Shown: positions 16,765-25,193 of the stretch, piece by piece | Layout: each line of letters opens with the position of its first letter | How positions within the stretch are numbered: position 1 is the first letter of the stretch | Origin: Acidothermus cellulolyticus 11B | GTDB taxonomy: Bacteria; Actinomycetota; Actinomycetes; Acidothermales; Acidothermaceae | Length of the DNA: 32,000 nucleotides | Direction: 5' to 3' | Assembly: GCF_000015025.1 (NCBI RefSeq) | Contig: NC_008578.1 | Span: 2,160,001-2,192,000, forward strand | The notes under the pieces: generated by a model | What the model was told of the DNA's origin: nothing | The model's database searches: none | The model's input: the letters and a program-made list of their open reading frames with translations, nothing else | Made by a program: the position numbers and the translations under genes

Positions 16765-17970
16765 TTATTCACGCAACGGGGCGCCGGACGCGTCCCACAC
16801 GTTCCCCGTGAAGACGATCGCTCCGTCGGGCGACGCGCGGAAGGAATTCGGTCCATACTGAGCGTGATCACCGTAGCGATTATTCGCGATCGTGATGATG
16901 CCGGAGGAATTGCCTGGGTCGGCCCCGGCGTAGACGGTGTAGGTTCCGCCGTCCAGCAGGCAATCACGAAGCTGGGTGTTGGAGAGATCTCCGAGATCCG
17001 CGCCCATGATGACGGCTGAATTCGTTGGGGCACCGGTGGCGTCTATGGTGTCATGGACGATGAGGAGGTTGCTGCCGCCGGCAGTCTGTACGCCATCCGT
17101 GTGGTCGCCGGGTGCCACCCATAGATCGTGAATCCAGGAGTTCTGGACGACCACATTGTCTCCGGCATCGATCCCATCGGCGGTTCCATGAATATTCACC
17201 GCATCAGCGGTGAAACCGGAACCGCTGATGCCCACGACCGATGGAGTCTGCTTCCCGCCGTCGATCTCGACGTGTGAAATGATCACTCCGTGCACATTGC
17301 CCCGCACGATGATCGCTGCATCGTTGTCGACGTCGCGCACCCGGCTGTTTTTGATCACCACATTGGACGCGGTGACGACGATACTGCCGCGGACGTCCAA
17401 CCCCGTGACAACTTGACCAGGAGTCGAAAGGGTCAAAGATCCGGAGACGCGCAGCGCCGTACCGGGTGGCACACCGGTGTTCGTGCCGTCGGGGTATCCG
17501 CAGGCCGAGGGATGCGGTAGGCAGTTGCGCAGCGGGGAGTCTCCGGTGGTCGGGGAACCGATTGGCGAATCGCCATTGCCGGCGGTCGCGCCCGGGGCGC
17601 TCGTCGGCGGCGCCGGCGACAGCGGTGGCCGTGCGTCCCCACGCGTGACCGGCTGCGTGCTTGTCGCTCGGCCGTGAACCAAGGACGGCGACGGGCTCGA
17701 CGGCGCTCCAGCCGTTGAGCCCGCCGAGGATGCCCTGCTCGTGGCCGATGGCGCCGACCACCGATAACCGTGCGGATGGGTGGTGAGGTGCCGCGGAAAC
17801 GGACGCAGGTCGAACCAGCCGCTGTGACGTTCGGCAGCGGAGGTTTGCGGAGCAATCGATGCCGCCGCGCTACCCGAGGCACCGAGGACTAAGACGACGA
17901 ACAGTGCGAGAAGACGTGCGGGGACCTGGCGCGGACGCCGGTGCTTGGCGCGGTAGTGACGACGTGCCAT
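16765..17970 (-). CDS. Secreted right-handed beta-helix protein, paralog 2
   Basis: 401 aa. Signal peptide ARLLALFVVLVLGASGSAAASIA and a PS-rich linker. The NCLPHPSACGYPDGTNTGV...HVEIDGGKQTPSVVGISGSGFTADAVNIHGTADGIDAGDNVVVQNSWIHDL..GDHTDGVQTAG...NNRY..YGP region is collinear with the C-terminal halves of the 14661-16376 and 18306-19268 products. SD GGGGAGG before the ATG. Confidence 0.7.
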   Translation of the reverse strand: MARRHYRAKHRRPRQVPARLLALFVVLVLGASGSAAASIAPQTSAAERHSGWFDLRPFPRHLTTHPHGYRWSAPSATSRASSAGSTAGAPSSPSPSLVHGRATSTQPVTRGDARPPLSPAPPTSAPGATAGNGDSPIGSPTTGDSPLRNCLPHPSACGYPDGTNTGVPPGTALRVSGSLTLSTPGQVVTGLDVRGSIVVTASNVVIKNSRVRDVDNDAAIIVRGNVHGVIISHVEIDGGKQTPSVVGISGSGFTADAVNIHGTADGIDAGDNVVVQNSWIHDLWVAPGDHTDGVQTAGGSNLLIVHDTIDATGAPTNSAVIMGADLGDLSNTQLRDCLLDGGTYTVYAGADPGNSSGIITIANNRYGDHAQYGPNSFRASPDGAIVFTGNVWDASGAPLRE

Positions 17971-18305
17971 GAGGGCCTCCCCGTCTGCTCAGTACGTCGT
18001 TGATCATCCACCCCCAGGCAGCGCGCCCAATGATCGAAACGTTATTTGATCGTTGTGTATTTGTGACGTGCGTTTGCAAGAGCGTACCAACTAGGACAAC
18101 TCGGAGCAAGTTGTGACGTCAAGCCTGGATGCTGATCCAAAAGGGCGTAACGCCTGACACGCAAACAGGTGGGCCGGAGAGACCGGCGCTTTACAGCGCA
18201 GCACAGCAGAGAGCGCAAGGGCGCCCGGTACGCCCAGCCGGACGGCATTTTCCGTGTGGTCAGTACAGCGGAAAACGCAAGGGCGCCTGAGAGCGGAGAC
18301 AGAAC

Positions 18306-19268
18306 CTAACAGCGCAGCGGCGCCCCGGTTGCGTCGTCGACGTTGCCGGACGACTGGATGGTGCGACCCCGGGCGGGTCGCAGGGAACATGGACCGTAAC
18401 GGTAACCCGACCCAAAGCGATTTCCCGAGATTATGATCGACCCCGAGTCGAAGCGGCCTCCCGTGCCGGCGTACACCGTGTAATTCCCGCCTCGCAACAA
18501 ATTGTGTTCGATAATCACCTGGTCAAGAGGTCCCAGATCCGCACCGGTGAGTATCGCAGAATTTGTTGCCGGGCCAAGAGCGTCGATCGTGTTATTGACG
18601 ATGCGCAGACTCCGGCCACCGCTCGACTGGATGCCGTCCGTATGATCACCATCCCATGCTACGAGATCGTGAATCCAGGAATTCTGCACAACCACGTTTG
18701 AACTGGCGTCAATCGCGTCGCCCGTCCCATGAATGTCAGCCGCATCCACGACGAATCCCGATCCAGCGATGCCGACAACCGACGGATTCTGCCGCCCGCC
18801 GTCGATTTCGACATGCACGAGTTCGACGCCAGAGACTCCAGTGTATGGAAGAGAAACCGCAACGGCATTGCCACGCGGGCGGATCAGACAGTCTTCCACG
18901 CGGACACCGGACGCCTTGATGGTTAGCGTTCCGTCAATTTCCAGTGCCGCGAGGCGGGAGCCCGCGGTTGTGATTGTGACGGATCCGACGCGGCGCAGTC
19001 GCGTGCCCGGACGGACTCCCGTCGTTGTCGGACCAGGCATGCCGCAGTAGTCTGCGCGATGCCAGCAATCGTTTGGCGTCCAAGACGGCAACGGCAAGTC
19101 GCTCATTGCGGATACCGCGACGGACTGCGACGGGCCAACCGGCAACGAGCGAGCACCGCTGCATCCAGGCGCAACCGCTACAAGAACAAGTGCGCAACCA
19201 AGGGCACCGGCCCTGCGCGCATGGCGACGCGCCTTCGTTGTTCTCACATTCCACACGCTAACCGTCAA
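18306..19268 (-). CDS. Secreted (possibly lipid-anchored) right-handed beta-helix protein, paralog 3
   Basis: 320 aa. N-terminus RRHARRAGALGCALVLVAVAPGCSG is a signal peptide with a lipobox-like APGC that is not canonical. Beta-helix region CWHRADYCGMPGPTTTGV...HVEIDGGRQNPSVVGIAGSGFVVDAADIHGTGDAIDASSNVVVQNSWIHDL..GDHTDGIQSSG...GNRF..YGP. The ORF-track start is a TTG overlapping the upstream stop (TTGA at 19265-19268). In-frame GTGs a few codons downstream are alternative starts. Confidence 0.7.
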   Translation of the reverse strand: MTVSVWNVRTTKARRHARRAGALGCALVLVAVAPGCSGARSLPVGPSQSVAVSAMSDLPLPSWTPNDCWHRADYCGMPGPTTTGVRPGTRLRRVGSVTITTAGSRLAALEIDGTLTIKASGVRVEDCLIRPRGNAVAVSLPYTGVSGVELVHVEIDGGRQNPSVVGIAGSGFVVDAADIHGTGDAIDASSNVVVQNSWIHDLVAWDGDHTDGIQSSGGRSLRIVNNTIDALGPATNSAILTGADLGPLDQVIIEHNLLRGGNYTVYAGTGGRFDSGSIIISGNRFGSGYRYGPCSLRPARGRTIQSSGNVDDATGAPLRC

Positions 19269-21304
19269 CCACTCAGGGCGACGATGTCATCACGGGAAAT
19301 ACGCGGCGTATCCGGCAGACGGTATGGTCGGTACCGCCTCCGCAGGAAGCCGTCAAGCGTCAGCCATGCCCAGAACACGAGAAACGCCATAACGGCCAGC
19401 GCACGACTTCGATGCGGTACGTCAGCGACAGCACTGACCGGCAAATACTGAGCTTGGACCCGAACAAGCGCGTCTGTCGCCACCGCGTAGCGCTGCTGCC
19501 ATGCGCGCAGCGTCGCATGCGCAGCGTCAACAACGGCGGTCAGCGTCCCGAGCGCCTGCTCGGGCGTGCCGGCCGTCACTCCGATACGCATGAGATTGCC
19601 GGAACCGGTCACGTCGGTCGCCGGCTCAAGACTCCCGTTGCCGACAGCCACCTCGTATTCGCCACGGTGGCCGGATGCGACCAGCGCGCTGCGCTGACTC
19701 TGTGACGTCAGCGATTCGGCAAGCATCGTTGGGAAGTCACCGAGATAGCGGGGGGACGCAAACAGTGTCGTCGCAAGCGTTGCGGTCGGCGGACCACCCG
19801 CCAAGACAAGCGACGCCGTCGCACTGTACCGGACAGGCGCGTGGTGAATCCAGTTAACCCCGCCCAAAAAAGCCAGAAGCGCCAGGATGCCGGCGCCGAT
19901 GCGGGCCGCCACGACGCGAGGGACGAACAGTAAGCGCCTGGCGTACCGAACCTGCCGGTGGCGCGGCCACGGTGAGCGCGGGACGGCGTCCGGTGCATCG
20001 ACGCCGGCAGTCACCGTCATTGGACTTGGCACCAGACGGCTCAGGGCGCCGAGCGCGCCCAGCAGGAGAAAGAGGACAGCCGTGACCATGGGAAACGCGA
20101 AGGCATCGAAGGTAAAGAACGTCACAAGTGCTGCGATCATTGCACTGACCAGTGACAGGGCGACGCTTCGGATTTCCGCGTCGGCGCTGCTGCGGCGTAT
20201 CCGGACTCCGGTCACCGCGCCAAAAAACATGATGCTGAGCAGGGCGGCAAGCCCAAGGAAACCCGCCTCAATCAGCGTTCCCATGTACTGGTTGTCAAGC
20301 GTACGATAGATTTCTGGTATGAACGTAAAGAAACCGCGTCCAATCAGCGGATCTCGCGATATGTAATACCCGGCCGCGGCATAGTCGCCGAGGCGATTCT
20401 GGATGCTCGGATCCTGACCGGCGTGGAGAAAGAACGATCGAATAGTGCCGAGCAACCCAGGAATGGCCAACTTCATTCCGACACCGGCGATCGGCGCGAT
20501 GATGAGCGCGATGACCTTCTGCCGCGCCTGCCAGGAAAAAAACAGAATAATCAGCACGGTGGCCAAGCCCACGATCGCTGAACGCGCCACGGTCATCGGC
20601 ATCGCGACGAGAATAAGGGCGGTACTGATCCGGGCAATCAGCCGCTCCCGCGCTGTGCGGCCGTACATGCTGAAATGAAACGCAACCGGAAGAATCAGTG
20701 TAAGAACGATGCCGAACTCAATGGGGTGGAGCGCTGTCGCCGTTACCCGGCGGAATAGGGATCGCTCGCCTGCCTCACCAAAGGGATGGTTGGCGACAAG
20801 ACCCGGGATGCGTACGATATCGGAAATATTGACCCCGGTGAAGAATTGAAGAATGCCTATCGACGCCACGACGCCGCCCCCGGCGACGAGCCGGAACAAG
20901 AAGCGCTGCAGGGATTCGAGGGAAAGCAGTCCGTCGGCGACGGCGAGAAGCATGCCTGACCACGCCAGGAGTGCAAGGAGTCCACGGTCCGCGGAGCTGA
21001 GCTCCAGTCCGGTAATTGGGCGGAGCATGCCGTGCACGTAGCTCAGCAGCATGACGGCGACAAAGGCGGCCAGCACGAGGTGCGGGATAGTCGGCCGCTG
21101 TCTGGTATGCGCGAGAATGCGCGAAAGCAGCCACCAGATGAGAAAGAGGATCGCGAGAATATCGGCCGGTGTCCCCTGCGCACCAAGCGGCTTTACGATC
21201 AAGGCTGAGGGAACGCCGAGGACGAGAATGATGAGGAGCGTCAGCCACGGCAGAAGATCCTTTCCGTGACGCTCGCCGGTCTGCGTCGCCGTGGCGTCAA
21301 TCAT
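19265..21304 (-). CDS. O-antigen ligase/polymerase-like (Wzy_C-type) polytopic membrane protein fused to a C-terminal Wzz-like module
   Basis: The ORF is open to 21406. The ATG at 21304 (MIDATATQ...) sits 4 nt after the upstream stop and avoids a 98-nt overlap. About 10 or more TM segments. Wzy_C-like motifs are TVARSAIVGLATVLIILFF and LDNQYMGTLIEAGFLGLAALL. The last ~230 aa have a TM (IGAGILALLAFLGGVNWI), then VRYSATASLVLAG, a soluble segment, a TM (ALAVMAFLVFWAWLTLDGF) and RRRYR, which mirrors the two stand-alone Wzz-like proteins. Confidence 0.7.
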   Translation of the reverse strand: MIDATATQTGERHGKDLLPWLTLLIILVLGVPSALIVKPLGAQGTPADILAILFLIWWLLSRILAHTRQRPTIPHLVLAAFVAVMLLSYVHGMLRPITGLELSSADRGLLALLAWSGMLLAVADGLLSLESLQRFLFRLVAGGGVVASIGILQFFTGVNISDIVRIPGLVANHPFGEAGERSLFRRVTATALHPIEFGIVLTLILPVAFHFSMYGRTARERLIARISTALILVAMPMTVARSAIVGLATVLIILFFSWQARQKVIALIIAPIAGVGMKLAIPGLLGTIRSFFLHAGQDPSIQNRLGDYAAAGYYISRDPLIGRGFFTFIPEIYRTLDNQYMGTLIEAGFLGLAALLSIMFFGAVTGVRIRRSSADAEIRSVALSLVSAMIAALVTFFTFDAFAFPMVTAVLFLLLGALGALSRLVPSPMTVTAGVDAPDAVPRSPWPRHRQVRYARRLLFVPRVVAARIGAGILALLAFLGGVNWIHHAPVRYSATASLVLAGGPPTATLATTLFASPRYLGDFPTMLAESLTSQSQRSALVASGHRGEYEVAVGNGSLEPATDVTGSGNLMRIGVTAGTPEQALGTLTAVVDAAHATLRAWQQRYAVATDALVRVQAQYLPVSAVADVPHRSRALAVMAFLVFWAWLTLDGFLRRRYRPYRLPDTPRISRDDIVALSG

Positions 21305-21308
21305 GGCG

Positions 21309-22052
21309 TCAGCCGACGCGAGGGGAGACGCCGGCGCTGACCTCCCCGGAAACGACGCCACCCTCGAAGCCGGGGAGTGTGGGCTCTGCCTCACCGGCGT
21401 GCTCACCTCGATGACGTGCGGACCGGGATCGGCGCTCCAGCCACGCGATGAAGAGCGCTCCTAAGACGATGATCACCGCGCCGACGGCGATCCCGTCCCG
21501 CAGTCTGCTCTTGTTGACCGGATGCGCCGTCGTGTCCTGCGTCAGGAGAGTCGCGCGGATGAGCGTGCCCGAGGGGGCTCCCGCGGCCTGTTGTGCCTGC
21601 TGAAGCTGCCGTTCGAACTCGGCGATCACGAGGCGAAGATCCTTTGCCGCCGCAGCAGGCGTCGGACCGGTCACCGTAACGGCTACGACCGGCGCATTAA
21701 TCGCCGTGATTTCCGTCAGCACATAGGTGCCGACAAAGCCTTGGCTCGCAAGACGCGCGGCAACCTGCTGATCCATCGTCGCAACGGCAATAACCTGACC
21801 GGTCTGCGCCAGGCCGGGCGTCAGCGCCAGGTACGGATTCGCGGCATCACCGCCGACTCCGAGGACCATTGCCGCGGACCGGGCGGTCGGCAGCAGGAGG
21901 ACCTGCCCGGTCATCCGATACGGCGGGGAGACAAGGCGGTAGGTGCCGACCGCACCGACGGCGGCGAGGACGACCACTGCGAGAAGCAAGTACCAACGCC
22001 GCACCATCACGGCGACGACAGATCCGAGCGACAAGGGCAGACTCCTGGACAA
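21309..22052 (-). CDS. Wzz-like (polysaccharide co-polymerase-like) bitopic membrane protein
   Basis: 247 aa. VRRWYLLLAVVVLAAVGAVGTY, then RLVSPPYRMTGQVLLLP, a soluble segment, a TM (IAVGAVIIVLGALFIAWL), then ERRSRSARHR. TTG start in the ORF track, with GGAGAGAG 11-14 nt upstream. The call rests on architecture. Confidence 0.5.
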   Translation of the reverse strand: MSRSLPLSLGSVVAVMVRRWYLLLAVVVLAAVGAVGTYRLVSPPYRMTGQVLLLPTARSAAMVLGVGGDAANPYLALTPGLAQTGQVIAVATMDQQVAARLASQGFVGTYVLTEITAINAPVVAVTVTGPTPAAAAKDLRLVIAEFERQLQQAQQAAGAPSGTLIRATLLTQDTTAHPVNKSRLRDGIAVGAVIIVLGALFIAWLERRSRSARHRGEHAGEAEPTLPGFEGGVVSGEVSAGVSPRVG

Positions 22053-22082
22053 CGAACGACATCTCTCTCCGAGGGTACCCGG

Positions 22083-23312
22083 TCAGGTCGGTAGCCGCGG
22101 GCGAGCACTAGCTGCGCGCTGCGCACGCGTCTGCGCAGCAGTGGCGCAGCAGTTCAACACATCGGCGGCGCGCGCCTCCCAGGAGTGCCGCGCGGCAAAC
22201 GCACGGCGCCGTTCGGTTGCCGATACGTCGCCCCTGCCCGCGAGAACTTCGGAAACGCGCGCAAGAAACTCAGCATGATCCCGCCCGATCGCGACGAATT
22301 CGCGGTCGAACCATCGCACCGGATAGAGATCCGTGCTGACAACCGGAAGGCCGGCCGCTAGATACTCAAGGAGCTTCAAGGGAAAACTCTGTTGATTGAA
22401 GTCCGATGGCGCATACGGCAGAATCCCAACGTCCATGGCGCCAAAATATGCCGGGAGTCGCTCGAACGGCTGGTTCCCCACCCATTGAACGTTCGGGCGA
22501 GCCACCAGGGCGTCGAACCGCTCGTCATGGCTTCCGCGGTGACGGGGCCCGACGAGCAGGAGTGAATAGCCGGCCTCCGCGATCGCGATGAGGAGGTCGT
22601 AATCGACGCGGCCACCGAGACCGCCGGAATATCCGACAATTGGGCGACGCAGGCGAACGTCCTCGGCGGGGGCAATCCGCCCGACCGCGGCAAACGCCTT
22701 CGCGTCGCATCCGTTCGGAATCAATACGGTTTCTTGCTTGAGGGTCCGCCACGTGTCATAGAGACCCGGTGTGGCGGCGATGACGGCGTCGCACTGCTCC
22801 TGCAGTCTCCGCTCGCCCTTTCGAATCCGCTTTGCCGAAACGCCGAAGAGCTCGGCACCGGCGACAAAGTCATCTTGCACCCAGTAGACATGTACGATGC
22901 CCGGCAATTGACGTGGCGCGGGGCCAAGCGGGCTGGTGTGAATCACGTAGGGACCCGCAAGGTGCAGGCGACGGACCGCTTGGCGGATCCACCGGGTGAC
23001 AAGGAGTCGGGTCAGGTGGACTATGCCTGGACGCTCGGGAAAGGGGGTGACGACCGGGGTGAGCCGCGCGAGACTCGGAGACAGAAGACGTAAGCGCGGC
23101 TTGTCAAGAGCGGGTTGCAATTGCGGCTTGCGGCGGACCGTCCAGCGCGACATGGGCGGATCGACGTAGAGCACAAACGTCTTCTCCGCCAACCGCTCCG
23201 CAAGATGGCGATCAGCGAATTTCGTGTCATCCCAATTGTTTGCAGCAAGAAGAACCACCGGACGGGCCGAATCGGGAACGGCAGGTCCGCCCCTCAGGTT
23301 TGGATTGCTCAC
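22083..23312 (-). CDS. Glycosyltransferase, GT-B fold (GT1/GT4, TuaH-like)
   Basis: 409 aa. IVGYSGGLGGRVDYDLLIAIAEAGYSLLLVGP, NVQWVGNQPFERLPAYFGAMDVGILPY and FPLKLLEYLAAGLPVVSTDL resemble teichuronic-acid TuaH-type glycosyltransferases. Starts 2 nt after the permease stop. Confidence 0.8.
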   Translation of the reverse strand: MSNPNLRGGPAVPDSARPVVLLAANNWDDTKFADRHLAERLAEKTFVLYVDPPMSRWTVRRKPQLQPALDKPRLRLLSPSLARLTPVVTPFPERPGIVHLTRLLVTRWIRQAVRRLHLAGPYVIHTSPLGPAPRQLPGIVHVYWVQDDFVAGAELFGVSAKRIRKGERRLQEQCDAVIAATPGLYDTWRTLKQETVLIPNGCDAKAFAAVGRIAPAEDVRLRRPIVGYSGGLGGRVDYDLLIAIAEAGYSLLLVGPRHRGSHDERFDALVARPNVQWVGNQPFERLPAYFGAMDVGILPYAPSDFNQQSFPLKLLEYLAAGLPVVSTDLYPVRWFDREFVAIGRDHAEFLARVSEVLAGRGDVSATERRRAFAARHSWEARAADVLNCCATAAQTRAQRAASARPRLPT

Positions 23313-23314
23313 GG

Positions 23315-24172
23315 CTACGTTCCGAGAATGCCCATAACTTGCGCGCGGTGCAGAGCGCGCTCAAATACCCAGAGCCCGGTGATAATAGACAGGACCGAGG
23401 CAAGCCCGAGAACGACGAAGGGCAGCCAGAGCGGCATGGCCGTGGCACCGGCATGGGGGGTCAGTAGACTACGCGCTCCACTGATCACGTAGGCTTGCGG
23501 CGCCAAGTAACTCGCCCAGCGTATCGCCGGCGGCAAGACTGTGATCGAAAAGAGTGAGCCGCCGACCAATGCGCCCAGCAATCCGTACACCGCCATTACC
23601 GGCGAGCCCCGCTTGAAGAGGATAAGAAAGCTGGCAGCGAACAATCCCAGGCCATTGGACGCGAGGACGCCGAGCAGCAGAAGCACGAAGAACAATGGCA
23701 GCCCGGAGAAGTCAATTCGACCCCCCAAGGCGCAGCCGATGGCGATGGTGATGAGCGTGATCACGATTCCGACGAACGACTTCCACACGTTCATACCAAG
23801 AGGTATCAGCCGCCAGGAGATCGGCTCGATGAGGTACGTCTCCAAGACACCCCGCTCCTGCGCAAACTGGAGTCGCGTCGTCAAGCCGGTAAGGGCCTCC
23901 TGCAGGCCCGCCGCTACCGCCACTCCGATCAAAATGGACATGTACTGGGACCGGGTATGCAAAAAGATCGACTGGAAATAGTACATGAAGGCAGGTACCA
24001 CCAGCGCGAGATACGCCAGCGCATTGCTCGCCGGAAACATGATCTCTTCAATCACGTCCAACCGCAGGTACGCGGCAAAGAGGTCACGGAGTTTCTGACC
24101 CGTCGTACGACGGGACACGGCGCTCCGCCAGGTCGAATCCGCTTCGTACTCAACGAGATTCATCGTTGTCAT
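23315..24172 (-). CDS. ABC-2 type transporter permease
   Basis: About 6 TM segments, and the size and topology fit ABC-2 permeases. The ORF is open to 24220. ATGs at 24172 and 24163 (preceded by GAGGA) are more likely starts. Either start overlaps the ATPase 3' end by 14-23 nt. Confidence 0.7.
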   Translation of the reverse strand: MTTMNLVEYEADSTWRSAVSRRTTGQKLRDLFAAYLRLDVIEEIMFPASNALAYLALVVPAFMYYFQSIFLHTRSQYMSILIGVAVAAGLQEALTGLTTRLQFAQERGVLETYLIEPISWRLIPLGMNVWKSFVGIVITLITIAIGCALGGRIDFSGLPLFFVLLLLGVLASNGLGLFAASFLILFKRGSPVMAVYGLLGALVGGSLFSITVLPPAIRWASYLAPQAYVISGARSLLTPHAGATAMPLWLPFVVLGLASVLSIITGLWVFERALHRAQVMGILGT

Positions 24173-25193
24173 CCTCGTACGCACTCGCAATAACGTCGCG
24201 CAGCGGAGTGGTGACTTCACCGATCCGGTGAACGCGCGGAAGAAGGGACCCGAGAGTCGCTAACACGTCGCCGACCGCAGTCCGGACGGTAAGCCGGACA
24301 TAAACGTCCCTACCGTCACGATCGACCGTGTTGCCGCTCGCCATCAATTGCTTCTCGGCCTGTCGCGCGGTCGACTCGTGGTCGAAACGAATCTCCACGG
24401 TAGGGACGTCGATGCGCTCGCGGAGATCATCCAGGCTGCCGGAGAAGCGAATGCGGCCGCGATCCATGAGCACGGCATTTGAGCGCAATGCATCAATCTC
24501 TTCCAGGCGATGGGAGGAGAGAAGCACGGCCAGGTTCTCCTGCCGGACCAGTTCCGTCACCAGGTCGAGGAGGCTCTTTGCGGCCAGCGGATCAAGCGCG
24601 CCCGTCGGTTCGTCGAGAAGCAGCACCCGCGGCAAGGGTAGCAGCGCGCGCGCGAGCCGCAGGCGTGCCTTCATCCCGGCCGAAAGGCTGGCGGCGATCG
24701 CATCGCGCTGGGCGGCAAGACCAACCATTTCGAGCACCGTGTCGATGCGTCGCGGCAACAACGGAGGTCGGAGCCCCTGAAGCCGTCCGTGAAGCTGCAA
24801 ATTCTCCCGGCAGGTCGCCCGCATGAGGAGGCTCCGTTCCTCCGCGGACATCCAACCGACAAGTTGGCGGATATCGTCAATCGCCCGCAGCGTGTCGAGA
24901 CCCGCGACCGACACGTTGCCCGACGTCGGTGTGGTCAGGCCGACGACAATGCGGAACATCGTCGTTTTGCCCGCGCCGTTCGGACCTACGACGGCGAGTA
25001 TCTCTCCGAAACGGACGTCAAACGTGACTCCGCGCAGCGCTGCGACCGGCTCCCGAATGGGCGTGCGCGAGAACAGGCGCATCCAACGCGGTTGCGGTGC
25101 ATACACTTTGGTCACGTCGCGGAATGAGACAGCCGCCACGTCAAGACGTGCCGCCTGACCAACTCCGTTGGTTCGAACCGCGTACGCGCTCAT
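24150..25193 (-). CDS. ABC transporter ATP-binding protein (DrrA/ABC-2 type, with a C-terminal accessory domain)
   Basis: Walker A VVGPNGAGKTT, signature LSAGMKARL, Walker B LLLDEPTGALD and H-loop SSHRLEE. The ATG at 25191-25193 overlaps the upstream GT2 stop (ATGA at 25190-25193). The ORF is open to 25247. Confidence 0.9.
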   Translation of the reverse strand: MSAYAVRTNGVGQAARLDVAAVSFRDVTKVYAPQPRWMRLFSRTPIREPVAALRGVTFDVRFGEILAVVGPNGAGKTTMFRIVVGLTTPTSGNVSVAGLDTLRAIDDIRQLVGWMSAEERSLLMRATCRENLQLHGRLQGLRPPLLPRRIDTVLEMVGLAAQRDAIAASLSAGMKARLRLARALLPLPRVLLLDEPTGALDPLAAKSLLDLVTELVRQENLAVLLSSHRLEEIDALRSNAVLMDRGRIRFSGSLDDLRERIDVPTVEIRFDHESTARQAEKQLMASGNTVDRDGRDVYVRLTVRTAVGDVLATLGSLLPRVHRIGEVTTPLRDVIASAYEDDNDESR

